64,000 nt of DNA from Octopus vulgaris (taxonomy: Eukaryota): NCBI GenBank assembly GCA_951406725.2, contig OX597838.1:19220001-19284000 (forward strand), in the 5' to 3' direction. Below, piece after piece: positions 24,998 through 40,300 of this stretch; positions within the stretch are counted from its first letter, which is position 1, and the number at the start of each line of letters is the position of its first letter. The translations under genes and the position numbers were made by a program. Under the pieces are notes generated by a model. The model was not told the origin of the DNA. It ran no database searches and saw only the letters and a list, made by a program, of their open reading frames with translations.

Positions 24998-26073
24998 GTA
25001 AGTCGAGTTTACATTTTTAAAGAATTTTTACCTCTCTCTCTCTCTCTTACACTTTCTCTTCATCTCTCTCTTACACTTTCTCTTTCTCTCTCTCTCTTTA
25101 CTTTCTACTCCTCTCCCTCTTTTACTCCTTACTTTCTCTTTCTTATCTCCAAGTCTCAATATTTCTCTCTTTTTCTTCTTTATCTCTCTCTCCCCCCTTC
25201 CTCTTCTTGTTGCTTCTCTCTCTCTCTCGTATTGTTTTTGCATTTCTCTCTCTTTCTTCGTCTCTATTTTTCACTCACTCCCTCTCTCTCTCTCTTTCTT
25301 CGTCTCTATTTTTCACTCACTCTCCCTCTCTCTCTCACTTTTTATCTTTCTCTCCTGAAACTCTATTACCTTCATTTTCTTTATATCTACTCATTCTGCA
25401 TAACAGCTCTCCCATTCTCTTGTTCCGAGTTCAAAATGTCACAACGACCGAATTTGCCATTTAATTTTTCGTCGGGGCTGCAAATGCGAGATCGAGACCA
25501 CTCATCTTTAACACATCCGCCAACAAGAATGTTTGGCTCTGACTCAACTTCTCAAACGGTCACTGAGTATGTTATAGATAACGACTAAAAACTCAAAAAC
25601 TCCCTCGAATTACATCTATCACAAAAAAGAACCAACCATAGATACCCTGTGTCTAAATAAAATACAAGATGGTTACGACTGGAATATCTTAGGTCATATC
25701 TGGATCCGGTCAACTCGGAGTTAAACAACAAACAAACATAGACACCATTAACGATTGCAGTATATATTGGATAATGTTGTTCTAAGTATACAAATGTCTG
25801 AATACATTACAAGACTATCACAGAACACCTTTGATCGTAGGTCTACTGTATCAAGACTGACCCAAAGCTACAATCTCATCCCCCAAATGTAACTATAAAT
25901 ACTATAAATGTTAATTCTTATTACAAGACATTTGATGCAAAGAGTCTAAATAAAATATGGGATAGCCACGGCTAGAATATGTTTGATCAGATATCTGCTG
26001 GATCAGGGCAGACCTGGGGCTACACATCATATTTGCTTATGTTACGTCCGAAATATATCTTTTCTCATATAAA

Positions 26074-26760
<687 letters not shown>

Positions 26761-26948
26761 GGTTAAATCCCAGCTGTTTCCTCTTGAAGCACATCTGCTT
26801 ATTCAATTTATTACAATCCAATATGTATCTCAAAATACATATCAAACTTGAGAAATATGTGAATATTTGTAGAGCTATTGTAAAACAAACCAGGAAATTG
26901 GAAAGTTTTTGCAAATGAAACGCATGTAATACTGAATGAATAATACTA

Positions 26949-27010
<62 letters not shown>

Positions 27011-27265
27011 TAATAATAATAATATTATCTCAACTGATACTGCGGAATTCCTGAAGTAGATCCAAAGGAAATATACCCGAACTACGGATGACACCATGTA
27101 GCCCAAACTGTACCAGTGCTTTATTCGGCACATCAGCACACTAACTGTAGCAATTCAACAATGATATAATTAAATCAAAATATATAGAAAAAAATTAAAT
27201 ATACAATAAAACATATACCTATAATTAAGTAAAATACACAATAATAAATAAATAGTATATAATTA

Positions 27266-27318
<53 letters not shown>

Positions 27319-27482
27319 ATAAATGAGATTGAGAGAAACTCTCTATAGAAAACACTTTGTAGTGCTCAAGAGACTTGAACTTATGCTCTGCAATCTTTAC
27401 CAAGGACTGAGTCTGATGGATAAAGAGTGGCTACAAGGGGAATCCAAGGGAGCAGATATGGAGACAAGGATCACATATATTG

Positions 27483-27852
27483 GAAGCACTCCGTTGGTTA
27501 CGACGATGAGGGTTCCGGTTGATCCGAATCAACGGAACAGCCTGCTCATGAAATTAACGTGTAAGTGGCTGAGCACTCCACAGACACGTGTACCCTTACC
27601 GTAGTTCTCGGGGAGATTCAGCGTGACACAGAGAGTGACAAGGCCGGCCCTTTGAAATACAGGTACAACAGAAACAGGAAGTAAGAGTGAGAGAAAGTTG
27701 TGGTGAAAGAGTACAGCAGGGATCACCACCATCCCCTGCCGGAGCGTCGTGGAGCTTTTAGGTGTTTTCGCTCAATAAACACTCACAACGCCCGGTCTGG
27801 GAATCGAAACCACGATCCTATGACCGCGAGTCCGCTGCCCTAACCACTGGGC
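27483..27852 (-). mobile_element. tRNA-headed SINE family C
   Basis: Minus head CCCAGTGGTTAGGGCAGCGGACTCGCGG..GGTTTCGATTCCC; tail ..GGAGTGCTTC. Confidence 0.85.
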
Positions 27853-28361
27853 TACATGTATATATATTCTGTATATCAAACCCAAGGAGTTTTATCTGTT
27901 TATTTGCATCATTGTCTCTCTATATATATACATATGCATTCAATCTGTGTATATGATCAAGTGATTCCGGCCGTGACCATCCTGTCTGTTATTTAGACAT
28001 TGTGTGCACCATCCGAACATGGTCGATGCCAGGTCAGCCTGACTGGCTTCTCTGCTGGTGGCGTGTAAAAAGCACCATCTGAATGTGATTGATGCCAAGG
28101 TCAGCTGACTGGTGCTCCTGTGCTGCTGGCACGTAAAAAGCACCCACTACACTCTCAGAATGGTTGGCATTAGGAAGGACATCCAGTTGTAGGAACATTG
28201 CCAGGTCAGAATGGAGCCTGGTGTAGCCTCTGGCTTTCCAGACCTCAGTCAAACTGTCCAACCCATGCCAGCATGGAAAACAGACTTTAAACGATGATGA
28301 TGGTGATGATGAGTGTACCTAGATCTACATTAGGCATTGTTCTGCAGCTGGATATCCTTTA

Positions 28362-28570
28362 TACTCTTTACTCTTTTACTTGTTTCAGTCATTTGACTGC
28401 GGCCATGCTGGAGCACTGCCTTTAGTCGAGCAAATCGACCCCCAGGACTTATTCTTTGGAAGCCCAGTACTTATTCTATCGGTCTCTTTTGCCGAACCAC
28501 TAAGTGACGGGGACGTAAACACACCAGCATCGGTTGTCAAGCAATGCTAGGGGGACAAACACAGACACAA

Positions 28571-28615
<45 letters not shown>

Positions 28616-28778
28616 TACGACAGGCTTCTTTCAGTTTCTGTCTACCAAATCCACTCACAAGGCATTGGTCAGCCCAGGGCTATAGCAGAAGACACTTGCC
28701 CAAGATGCCACGCAGTGGGACTGAACCCAGAACCATGTGGTTGGTTAGCAAGCTACTTACCACACAGCCACTCCTGCA
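28362..28778 (-). mobile_element. SINE family A copy
   Basis: Full length. Confidence 0.85.
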
Positions 28779-28779
28779 T

Positions 28780-29022
28780 ATTACATGACCAAACTCCTGC
28801 ACTCTTTCTTTTTATCATGCTATATCTGGTTCCTGTTACACTCAATTTTTCTCTCTACCCATTTACACATTGTTATAAATGCACACGGATATTGCACATC
28901 AAATGTAGCATACTAGCTTCATCCCTTTCTAGTCTTTCGATGTTCTCCGCATTCAGGGCCCATGTCACACAGAATTGCTGTACATGCACGAGCATCATAC
29001 AATCTGCCTTTCACTCTGAGAG

Positions 29023-29056
<34 letters not shown>

Positions 29057-29940
29057 CTAACAGAGGTAATAGCTCTGAATTTTCTCCAGCTAGTTCTTAT
29101 TCTGAAAATAATACTTCCAGCACATTCTCCTCCACTGCTGATTAGGTCACCTAGATAACAGAAACCATCTACTATCCCTAAGGAATCTTGTGGGCATTTG
29201 AGAAAATCTAATTCCTGTATATTCTTAGTGTTATTTGCTTCTGCCTTTTTTGCTAACTTTTCCTGTAATTTCACGTCGTCTCTTGTTTGTCCATAGCTTG
29301 TACTGAGTATTCTACATGGAATTTCTACTTATAACTTCCCCATATAGGCACAGGCATGGCTGTGTGGTGAGAAGTTGCTTCCTGGCTACATGATTCTGGG
29401 TTCAGTTCCACTGTGTGGCACCTTGGGCAAGTGTCTTCTCATATAGCCTCAGGCCAACCAAAGCCTTAAGAGTGGATTTGGTAGATGGAAACTGAAAGAA
29501 GCTTGTCGTATATATATATATATATATGTGTGTGTGTATTTGCATTTGTGTTTTCTCCACCACCACCATCACTGCTTGACAACCAGTGTTAGTTTGTTTA
29601 TGTCTCCATGACATAGTGGTTTGGTAAAAGAGACTCATGGAATAAGTACCAGGCTTAACAAAATTAAGTACTGGGGTCGATTCATTCAACTAAAATTTCT
29701 TCAGAGTGGTGCCCCAGCATGGCCACAGTCTAATGACTGAAAGAGATTAAATATAAAAGATAAAAGACAGGAAGCAAGACCATTTTCCTGAAGGTAGTAG
29801 AATCCTGTCTTTATTTCCCCAGTTCTTAGAACTTTGGTCTTTCTTAAGTTAACTGTAAGGCCCTCTGATTCCAGGTTTTGCTTCCACACCTGCAATTTCT
29901 TCTCTACAGCTTCCGCCTTGAGAATGAGGTCATTGGTATA
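28780..29940 (-). mobile_element. Degenerate RTE LINE RT fragments interrupted by an older SINE A (29347-29770)
   Basis: KKLQVWKQNLESEGLTVNLRKTKVL and VDGFCYLGDLISSGGEC..RIRTSWRKFR are RTE RT motifs. Confidence 0.65.
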
Positions 29941-30200
29941 GTCCCCAAGAGAGCCATGACTGGGTTCTTCTGCTTGTGTGGAATGGTGCAGTGTCCTGTT
30001 GCCAGACATGGGGTCCTCTTGACCCAGGGCAGCACTACCTCCTCAAGGCACTTGATGTAGGCCGGCCTCCATGTTAAGTCTGAATCTGTGTGGGAAGATG
30101 AATGGAGGCATAACGTCACCATCACTAGTGATCACCCCAGACACCATGATGTTGACTGGATGTTTGATTTTTATCACTCTTGATACATGTCCTCAGATTG
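29940..30200 (-). mobile_element. Tc1/mariner transposase remnant
   Basis: MVSGVITSDG..YIKCLEEVVLPWVKR; frameshifted. Confidence 0.5.
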
Positions 30201-30687
30201 ACACCTAATCACTCTGAAATGTTTGTACTGGAGCCTCTGGTGTGAATGCCAAGCAACACAGCATGTCATTTCCAAATTTCTGGCAGAGTGAATTGCATCA
30301 TGGTGCTGTTTTTTCTCACAGACGGTGCCCGACTGACCCTACTATACTGTGTAGTTGACAAAATCAAAAACAAACAATGCTCATGTGCAAAATGAAAAGT
30401 ATATAAAATGGCGACAATTTATCCATTGCACCCTGTGTGTGTGTGTATATACATACATACATACATACATACATACATACGTACATACATACATACATAC
30501 ATACATGTGGGTGCTGAAAAGTTCCTGGCTTGGGTAAATGAAAATACAGCAGTTAATTATGATTTTATTGAATACATTCCACTCTCAGATTCACACACTT
30601 ATTGTAGCAGCCCTTCAGTTTTTGTAAGGCCTGTTAAAAAAATTTGGAAGGTTGGGCTTGCAACCAGGCCTTTTGCAATACCCTTAA

Positions 30688-30908
30688 CCCTTTCGTTACT
30701 GTATTTATTTTGAGATGTTCTGTGTTTCTTTCAATTACTTTAAATATAACAAAGAATTTAATAAGATAACTTAGTTATCATTCAGCTAGTGTTAGGAACA
30801 TAAATTGTGACTAAGGTTTGGTGGAAGATTTTAATTAAAACCTTAAGTAAACAAGACATTTGTACAACAGAGCCAGAGCCGGTTTCAGCCAGGTTGGTAA
30901 CAAAAGGG
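30688..30908. mobile_element. piggyBac-type MITE, inside a mariner-like MITE (~30503-30945)
   Basis: TTAA|CCCTTT..AAAGGG|TTAA. Confidence 0.8.
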
Positions 30909-31255
30909 TTAAAGCAAAGAACTTTTTAACATATCCCTCATAATTATTTTCTGAAATTATTGAATGGAGGAAACTGAAGTAGATAGTGCCTGTGAGTCAT
31001 GTAGGTTATTTGTGTGTTGGGTGAGAGATCAAGGTAAAACTTGTAATGAATAAGATGATTAGATATGGACAGATGGCATTTCTTATCAGGAAGGAAATAA
31101 CGTATTAAAATTTAATAGAGGAAAATGAATATTTATTTGTAAGTTTTCTTGAGAAGCATTTAAAGAATGGAAATTCGTCGTTTTCTTTCCATTTTGCAAT
31201 AAACTTCTTTTAAAAGAAAGTCTTTTTTATTGTTGAAAGTATGTTGAGATATATA

Positions 31256-31665
31256 TATTTCTTTACTGCCCACAAGGGGCTAAACATAGAGGGGACAAAC
31301 AAGGGCAGACAAATGGATTAAGTCGATTATATCGACCCCAGTGCGTAACTGGTACTTAATTTATCGACCCCGAAGGGATGAAAGGCAAAGTCGACCTCGG
31401 CGGAATTTGAACTCAGAACGTAGCGGCAGACGAAATACCTGTTTCTTTATTACCCACAAGGGGCTAAACATAGAGGGGACAAACAAGGGCAGACAAACGG
31501 ATTATGTCGATTATATCGACCCCAGTGCGTAACTGGTACTTAATTTATCGACCCCGAAAGGATGAAAGGCAAAGTCGACCTCAGCGGAATTTGAACTCAG
31601 GACGTAATGGCAGACGAAATACGGCTATGCATTTCGCCCGGCGTGCTAACGTTTCTGCCAGCTCG
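31256..31665 (-). mobile_element. Tandem SINE B copies
   Basis: Two adjacent B units. Confidence 0.8.
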
Positions 31666-31782
31666 TGTGTGTACATGCTTGCTGCATACATACATAATTT
31701 ATTCATAGCAGTCGTGGGGAAATGACAGTGGGCTGACCTATGCAAATTATCTAGGCCATCAATGTGTTCTATTTTTTCTATA

Positions 31783-32165
31783 AGGAAGCACTCCGTCGGT
31801 TACGACGACAAGGGTTCCGGTTGATCCGATCAACGGAACAGCCTGCTCGTGAAATTAACGTGTAAGTGGCTGAGCACTCCACAGACACGTGTACCCTTAC
31901 CGTAGTTCTCGGGGAGATTCAGCGTGACACAGAGAGTGACAAGGCCGGCCCTTTGAAATACAGGTACAACAGAAACAGGAAGTAAGAGTGAGAGAAAGTT
32001 GTGGTGAAAGAGTACAGCAGGGATCACCACCATCCCTGCCGGAGCCTCGTGGAGCTTTAGGTGTTTTCGCTCAATAAACACTCACAACGCCCGGTCTGGG
32101 AATCGAAACCGCGATCCTACGACCGTGAGTCCGCTGCCCTAACCACTGGGCCATTGCACCTCCAC
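31783..32165 (-). mobile_element. SINE family C, full length (putative donor element)
   Basis: 12-bp TSD ATTTTTTCTATA (31771-31782/32166-32177). Confidence 0.88.
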
Positions 32166-32422
32166 ATTTTTTCTATACCTCTTCAGGATAATGTTGGACA
32201 CTTGTTATGCTGATGATGCATATTGAGGCAGAAACACATGTCCATGATTGTCCTCTTATCTCCAGACAATAAACCTGTCCTTTTCTGTAATGACATGTCA
32301 GCTTTGGAGAATGTGAGTCTTGAGATTATCTCCCTTCCTCGTATGACAGGGATCTCAATTGCCATTTTGGAATTGTGACATATTTTCTAGAAGAAGAAAA
32401 ATAAATAAACGCGCCCTTTTAA

Positions 32423-32641
32423 CCCTTTAGTATTTAAACCGGCCATATCCGGCCAAAATAGTTAATCTGTTTTATGTTCAAACTGACCAGATCCAGGCCC
32501 TCACACCTACCCTACAATGTTATTCTACATTAAGTAATTAAACCATCAAGATCTTGAAGATATGAGATAATGTACGATTAATTCAAATCAATGGGAATCA
32601 ATAAGCATTATGTTTGATAGAATAATCTGAACACTAAAGGG
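32423..32641. mobile_element. piggyBac-type MITE
   Basis: TTAA|CCCTTTAG..CTAAAGGG|TTAA. Confidence 0.75.
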
Positions 32642-32644
32642 TTA

Positions 32645-32880
32645 AAGCCTAGCCAGGCTCATGGGCCCGGTTTCCCGGTTTCAATGGCGTATATGTTCCC
32701 CAGCTGAACAGGACGCCAGTCCATCGCAGCGTTACTCATTTTTGCCAGCTGAGTGGACTGGAGCAACGTGAAATGAAGTGTTTTGCTCAAGAACACAACA
32801 CGTCGCCCGGTCCAGGAATCAAAACCACAATCATACGATCGTGATGCTGACACCCTAACCACTATGCCACGCGCCAACAC
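32645..32880 (-). mobile_element. tRNA-headed SINE (C-related head, different tail)
   Basis: Minus head TGGCATAGTGGTTAGGG..GGTTTTGATTCC; tail shared with 46665-46760. Confidence 0.65.
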
Positions 32881-33374
32881 ATATTTTCTAGAGGCAGAAA
32901 TTATTTCAATAAATCAAGAATTTATGCTGTATGGTATTGAATATACTTGAATTTGTCTATGTTGTTTAAAATGTTTAAAATAATAACCTTTGTTTGTGTT
33001 AGTATGTATAATTATATATACATATATATATTTTCCTTTTTTTTCTCTCTCTTTCACAGCCAAATCACTTCACCTTCAATGTGCTGCATATCTTCACTGC
33101 GTATCACTGCAACCGCGCTTGAACACAAGTCCTCACAACCTCTCTTTAGTAGTTTACTCAATCCTCCTACATCTGTGTTTGCTTCTTTAAAAAAAACAAA
33201 AAAAGAAACTCAAAGAAAAGATTCATTCCTTCTCATTTCTTCAGACCAACCTTGAGAGTTTATAATTTCCAAAGTAATGGTCGGAGAAAATGTAGAATCT
33301 ATTTATTTATTAATTTATTCAAGTTTTACTTCAACTGCTTCACCAAATCTTAATATTTCTCTTACATAGTTGGG

Positions 33375-33439
<65 letters not shown>

Positions 33440-34351
33440 GTATAAATACTCACACATACACAAAGATCTGATTCCCTCTGTCTTTCTTAAAAATCTCTTG
33501 AGATTGTCTGCGTACAATAATTAATTGAATCTCTGTGATAAGAACTTCTTAATTACTTCATTAAGGCAATGTTGTGTATACACTTTAATTGTACCAAGCC
33601 TATGCATTCTAGTCACGTACTCCCCCACTTTGTTTTAAACCAAAGAGTAACGCTCTAGTCAATTATTTTGGTTTTATAAATCCTCCATAGCTTTACTTCA
33701 ACCATAAAAGTCACTATATTATATTTGAAAACAAAATTCTGCATTTACTTAAAAACAGATCCTCCCCCCACAATTCAAAAACGAAGTATTATTGAATACT
33801 ATTATTAGTAAATATCAAGTGATTTAATATCCTTAAGAAAATCCATATTATAATTTGTCATGTTCATTTCCCCTTGAAAATCCAGGACCCTTTTGTCCAA
33901 TGTAATATCCTTATCACTGTTGTCTTCCTGAAAAGGAAGGGAGATAAATGTTTTTTTATGTTCCCTTTGAAATTTGTAAAATCAAATTTTCCCTAAGATA
34001 TATTAGCTACACTTTACTTATGTAGTACTCCTCTTTTTAGGTATAATTAGTCTTAGACGGGTTAAGTATGGATAATTCAAAATAGCTCAGAATATTCTGA
34101 TATTCTAATTTGTTTGTGTGCATTTAGAATTGTGGAGATTGAATTTGAAGTCATTTAATTAAACTGTAAGATAATTTTTACAAAAGAAAAGAAGCATCAT
34201 CATCATGTTAATTAACACTTAGAATATAACGACATACTTTAGATGCTCGACACTAACAAGGCTGCAGGTCTTAGTTGTAGCATTGTGTCAGATTTTAGTG
34301 AGGCTCTTGTGTTTGGAAAAGTGTGTTTGTCTGTGTAACTAAGTAGGAGAT

Positions 34352-37300
34352 ATGCAGATGGCTGAAGAGAAGAAGGTGTCCGGAAACCATGCAAGTTTGG
34401 AGAACTTACAGCAAGTACCACTGTCACAGAAAAGTGTTGAGCAGATCATTACATTTCCTTGGAGTCGTGACCATTCGTTGAGCTGCTACCATGGCTTGGA
34501 CCAGAATGTCAAACCTGGAGAATACGTCCTTCTCACACTCTTCATGGAGTTCTGTTCAATTACTGAACACAAGATCGAACAAGTCCTTGCTGAACCACTT
34601 AAAAACCATTTTTCTAAATCTCTACAAAGAAATGAGGACCCCCAGTTTGACCAGCTGCTTGCCTCCCTCGGCTGTGTGGCTGAACAAGGCCTGCCATCTC
34701 TCCTGCATTCCTTTCTTAAATGGTATGAAAAACAGTCACTTGTTGACAACAGTCACCTCCTTGATCGTTACCGTATACGAAATAAAGGAGAAAAAAACTT
34801 CCTGTGCGAGCGCCGTGAACTGGCTGTTGATTATGTTTATTGTTTGGTGCTGATTGAGATCTTACCGAAACTCTCATACCACCCAGGCCATGATGAACTT
34901 GTCACATGCATTATCAACCAGGGGTTCCGGCATTTCAAGTACAAAGATGGTTTACAGGCAAATCCAAATGCTGGCAATATCAAACTGATTTCTAGTCTGT
35001 ATGCAGAGGTGATCGGTGTTCTAGCCCAGTCTCGGTTCCCACCGATTCACAAGACTTTTCTCAATGAGCTGAAAGAACTGAAGCTCCGTGACCAAACACC
35101 ATTCACGGCACAAAGTGTTATTAGCCTGTTGATGGGCCTGAAGTTCTTCCGTGTCAAAATGCACCCAATTGAAGATTTTGAAATGTGTGTCCAGTTCCTG
35201 CATGAGTTGGGTCAGTATTTTCTCGAAGTAAAAGACCGGGATATCAAACATGCCTTAGCCATGTTGCTTGTGGAAATCCTACTGCCTGTTGCTGCCCAAG
35301 CAAAAAATGAGGTAAACGTCCCAGTTTTGAAGAATTTTGTCGAGATGCTCTACTCAACCACCATTGATATGACCACGAAAAAGAAACACACTCTTCATTT
35401 ATTCCCTCTGGTCACGTGTCTGTTGTGTGTTAGCCACAAACAATTCTTCCTTAGTAACTGGCCATACTTTCTCACAATGTGTTTGTCTCAGTTAAAGAAC
35501 AAAGAAGCAAAGATGTCACGTGTTGCCCTTGAATCTCTCTACCGCTTGCTCTGGGTCTACATGGTGCGGATTAAATGTGAAAGTAATACAGCCACCAGGA
35601 GTCGACTTCAAAGCATTGTGAACAGTCTCTTTCCAAAAGGCTCAAAGATGGTAACACCACGCGACACACCGCTTAATATTTTTGTCAAGATCATTCAATT
35701 TATTGCTAAAGAAAGACTGGATTTTGCTATGAAAGAAATAATTTTTGACTTACTCTGTGTTGGAAGACCAATCAAATTCTTGACACCAGAAAGAATGAGT
35801 ATTGGTTTGAGAGCCTTCCTAGTTATTGCCGACAGCTTACAGCAGAAGGATGGTGATCCTCCGATGCCTCAGTCTGCAGCAACATTACCTTCTGGCAGTA
35901 CAGTCCGTATCAAGAGAACATTTTTGAACAAAATGCTGAGTGAGGAGACAGCCAAGGACATTGGTCTATCATGCTACTATCCTCACATCCTGAAAACCTT
36001 TGATTCAATCCTTCGTGCTTTGGATGTGCAAGTAGGTCGTCCATTATTACAGACAAACTCTGAAAACACGGGGAAAGAAGTTGACGAACTCATCACCAGC
36101 GACCGTAAACCTAAAATCGACTTATTCCGCACATGCATAGCTGCAATTCCCCGCTTGATACCCGAAAACATGTCAAGCCAAGAACTTGTCGAACTGCTTA
36201 CCCGTCTGACAGTACACATCGATGATGAATTAAGAGGTTTAGCATTTCAAGCTTTGCAGAACCTGATGCACGAATCTCAAACTTTCAAAGAACAGGTCAT
36301 TCGAGGTTTTGTGCAGTTTATTCAGCGTGATGTCAGCGACACAGCATCTCAGCCACTGGACGGTGTTCTCCGTATGTTAGTGCAGCTGCTAGTCCAGTGG
36401 AAGAGCAACCCTGGTCAGCAGCAGAGCCTGACCTCGGTACCAGGTCAAGGAGCAAATAAACTGGACGGTAGTAATGGTGCTACTGGTCGTGAATCAGTCG
36501 AACTTGTTGTACTTCACGATGTCGAAGGGTTGGCTCTTGTCATGCTGTGTAGCATTCAACTCGTCATCCGCAAATTGGCTCTGCTTCTACTCAAGGAGGT
36601 GCGCAACATCTTTACTAGTTGCCAACATGGTTCATCGACGACTTGCAGCAACTGCACTACATCACAGCAATCTAATCATCATCAACACTATAACCACCAC
36701 AACATAACTCGCCATCACCAAAACCTTCTCCAACATCATCACCATCACCATCACCTCCATCAGCCACAGTTGCAGCAACTAAACAAGTCAGACGGTAGTA
36801 AAACCTGTTTAATTGACCAGATGGAATGTATGTGTCTGCCAGTCATGACTAAAATGCTTGCAATTCTTCCACCAGATGAGAAGGCGTCTCTGATTGCCTG
36901 TTCCAACATTGATCTGAATTGGATAATCGATCGAGCAGCCAGTACCTGGCTGTCTGGTGCCAGCCAGGACAGCCAGGACATGCACCAGCTGATGGTCAAC
37001 TCCTCGTTTAACCAACCGGACCCCTGGATACATCGTCTCGTTGGACTTATTGCATCTGAGGAATCGTTCAAGAAGTGTAGTCATGCTGTCAACTGTGCGT
37101 GGATGATTGTCTATACTCGATTGCAAATGTTGTTTCCATTGGTTGATGCCAGTTCCCAAACCAACGAATATCGGTCGTCAATACTACGTTCTGGAAGCAA
37201 GAAAGTCACAAATGACTATGATCTCTACCTACGTCTTTGGCAAAACTACGTGATCCTTGCTTGTTGTTTAGCTCAACAAGGTACAGTTTTACCATATCAT

Positions 37301-40300
37301 CGGTGTGCTTCTCCGGATCTTGGATTTTCCCCAGAAAGTTTTCCACCATTGTCTTCCGATAAAACAGAGAATAAACAAACAGCTCAGAGCAGTAACCTCT
37401 TCCGTTTGCTTGTACCATTGATAAAGTGTGAAAGTGCCGACATGAGGGATTCCGTTGTTAACGGTTTGGGTTACACCAATCCCACCGTTTTTAAAGAACT
37501 CCAGGAAGAACTACTCCCGTACTTAAAGGAAGCCAACGATAAGAAAGTCGATAACATCAAACAAAGGCGCAAACGTAACAACCTGAGGGTTCAACTGACT
37601 CGACTGTTCAAACTAATGGCTGAAAACGGGACGTTTGGACTTCACAATTCTGGAGTCATCGATGCTGATAAGAACTGCCTGAACTCCATGTTCCTTGACT
37701 ACATCGACGGTGCTCGTGTTTACTTAGAAGGTGAGAATGAAAGAGATTTGCCAAATATTCAAGAAGTGAGGTTACATTTTAGTAGTTTTATTCGTCTGTT
37801 GATCCAAAACACTCCGTTGAAACAGAGGAACACTCTACTCTCGAAAGAAACCCGTCACAGTCTATTCCATCTTCTTGCCATCTGGAGCGGCCACTTCAGT
37901 TCATCATTCGTGCATCTTGAGAGGAAGCTGTCTAAGGAGGAGGTCAGTCCAGAGTTGGAGCTGGCCACTGTCAGAGCCATGTCTTCAGTATTGACCTGTG
38001 GTCCAGTTTTTGACTCAAACGGCCTGAATGAAGATGGCTATGTTTATACTTGGCTCGACGCTCTATGGAATTGTCACGAGACGGAAATGCAGGAACAGAT
38101 TCTGAGCTTGGCCAAAGAGACTGTGATTCTACTGTTGGACTTCAACCCAGATGTACAATATTTACTGGACTGGGTCATTGACCACTGCTATACTGCTAAC
38201 ATGGAAGTCGCTGACCATTGCTTAAATGCCTTGGCTGCTGTGTTTCAAACTAAGGAGTATTCTTGTGATCTGATTGCCATGTTGAATCTAGTCGTGTTGA
38301 ATGTCGGCTGCACTCGCATTGAAACTCATGACACAGCACTCCAGTTACTGCGACTTCTCGACAGTTACTTCTTCCAAGACAAACCTGTCTTTGAAGAATC
38401 TACTCTAGACGCATCCCAACAACCGAATACTCTCAATGATATTTTGTTGACCGTGAACTACGGTCAGTCTCAAGTAGTCTTGTCTGACCAGTTGGTCAAA
38501 TTACATCCGGACATGACCGTGCCCATGTTTTCTGAAATCACCCATCGGTTTCAGACTGCACGTCCAGCATTGCGAGAGGTTCTACTCAAATGTCTGTTGC
38601 CGTGGTTACACAACATCGAACTCGTTGACCCCTCTCTGCCATCTTCTACTGCTATGTCAAGTTTCTTGACCAGTGTCCAGGACAGCCAGACCGATAAGGT
38701 AACCAAGTCGTACCTGGAAGGCGAAGGCTGGGGGTCTGCTCAGGCCACAGAAATGGTGCTAAATAATCTGCTGTATATTACTGTGAAATTTGGGGATAGT
38801 CACCCGAGTGAGATTGAACACCTATGGGCTGCTTTGGTAAAATACTGGGCCAACAATTTAAGGGTAGTCGTACGATATTTAGTTATTGTCACCAATATGT
38901 CGCCAACAGTGTTACTGCCCTACGCTAAACGTGTTATCAGTTATCTCGGCCGAGCTAAACCAGAGAAACTTGTCGATGAATTAATGAACGAATTACAAAC
39001 AGTGGAAACTTTGAACCAGACCATCGAACGCACCCAGACTCCACCATTCTATCGGTTGTCATCTTTGAAGAAGTCAGCTACAAACGCCAACACCACAGAC
39101 GATGAAAAGCTTGGCCGTACACAGGCTCCGGAGAATTCCCTAGAAAAGGGGGTACTCCACACAAAGCGGCACAGTACATGTGAAGAGATCACAACTGAAG
39201 GCACCCCCTGTACCGATTCCACTACGTTTCTCTGTAGTATATCGAGCATGTCCAGCTCTTCTTCGGTCAGCAGCAGTCATGACTTAATGGAAGAGAACTG
39301 TGCAAGCCCCACCAATACTCCGGTACCTTACCCGCTTCCTATGCCAGCTTACGGCGGATATTTTGCCCCCATGTCTGAGCTTCTACCAGATACGTTTGTT
39401 CCTACTGCTGGATTACATCGCAGCTATCTTGGTATAATGTTTCTGTCTGATCTTGTGCTTGATGGCCTCGATATAGACTGGACACCTCATCTACCTTTGC
39501 TACTGCACATCGTCTTTTTGGGACTTGACCATTCTCGAGCGATTGTCTACGAACACTGTAAGAAAATATTTCTCAACTTGTTACTCTTCCAAGCTTCAGT
39601 TCCTGAGCACCAGTACATTGCACGCCTTTTGATCTCACGAATGCCACGACTGAAGTTGCTGAGCGATAACCGCAAGACTTTTACTGCAGACAGCCCAGCT
39701 GTTGAAGAAGATAATTTATTGTGTAATCAGTTAACGAGCACTACACGAACCACTGCTGACCTCACCAAAGACTCTTCTCAACATGACTCAGTGGAAACAA
39801 CTGTGGACAGTCTGTTGTGCTTTCTGGCCAGTAAAACTGGGAAACCACTTTGGAATTATGAAGATATCACTCCTAAGACTCTTACAACTATCAGTTCTTC
39901 ATCATTGGACTATTTCTTAAAGTTAGTGGTGAGGGTGTTTGAAGAATTGGTACCCTTGGCCCTTGTCGAACAACGATGGTCACAGATAGCCCTGCAAATG
40001 GCATTGTCCTGCTCTTCCAGACATTATGCCGGCCGTTCCTTCCAGGTCCTACGGGCTCTTCAAGTGCGTCCATCTACACAAATGCTGTCTGACATTCTGT
40101 CGAGACTTGTGGAAACGGCAGCCGAACAAGGTGAAGACATGCAAGGGTACGTAACAGAAATTATGTTAACCCTGATTGCTTCTGTAGACAACCTCGACCT
40201 GGAGTTGAGGCCCACTGACATGATGCGGGAACTATTTTTATCGACACCGAACCTCGCAAAAGAAAGCTCCACTGAAGTTGCTCGTGGTTCTGTAGTTAAT

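Noticed and set aside
24986-25588. 200-aa Leu/Ser/Phe-rich ORF
   Set aside because: Translation of (CT)n low-complexity intronic sequence
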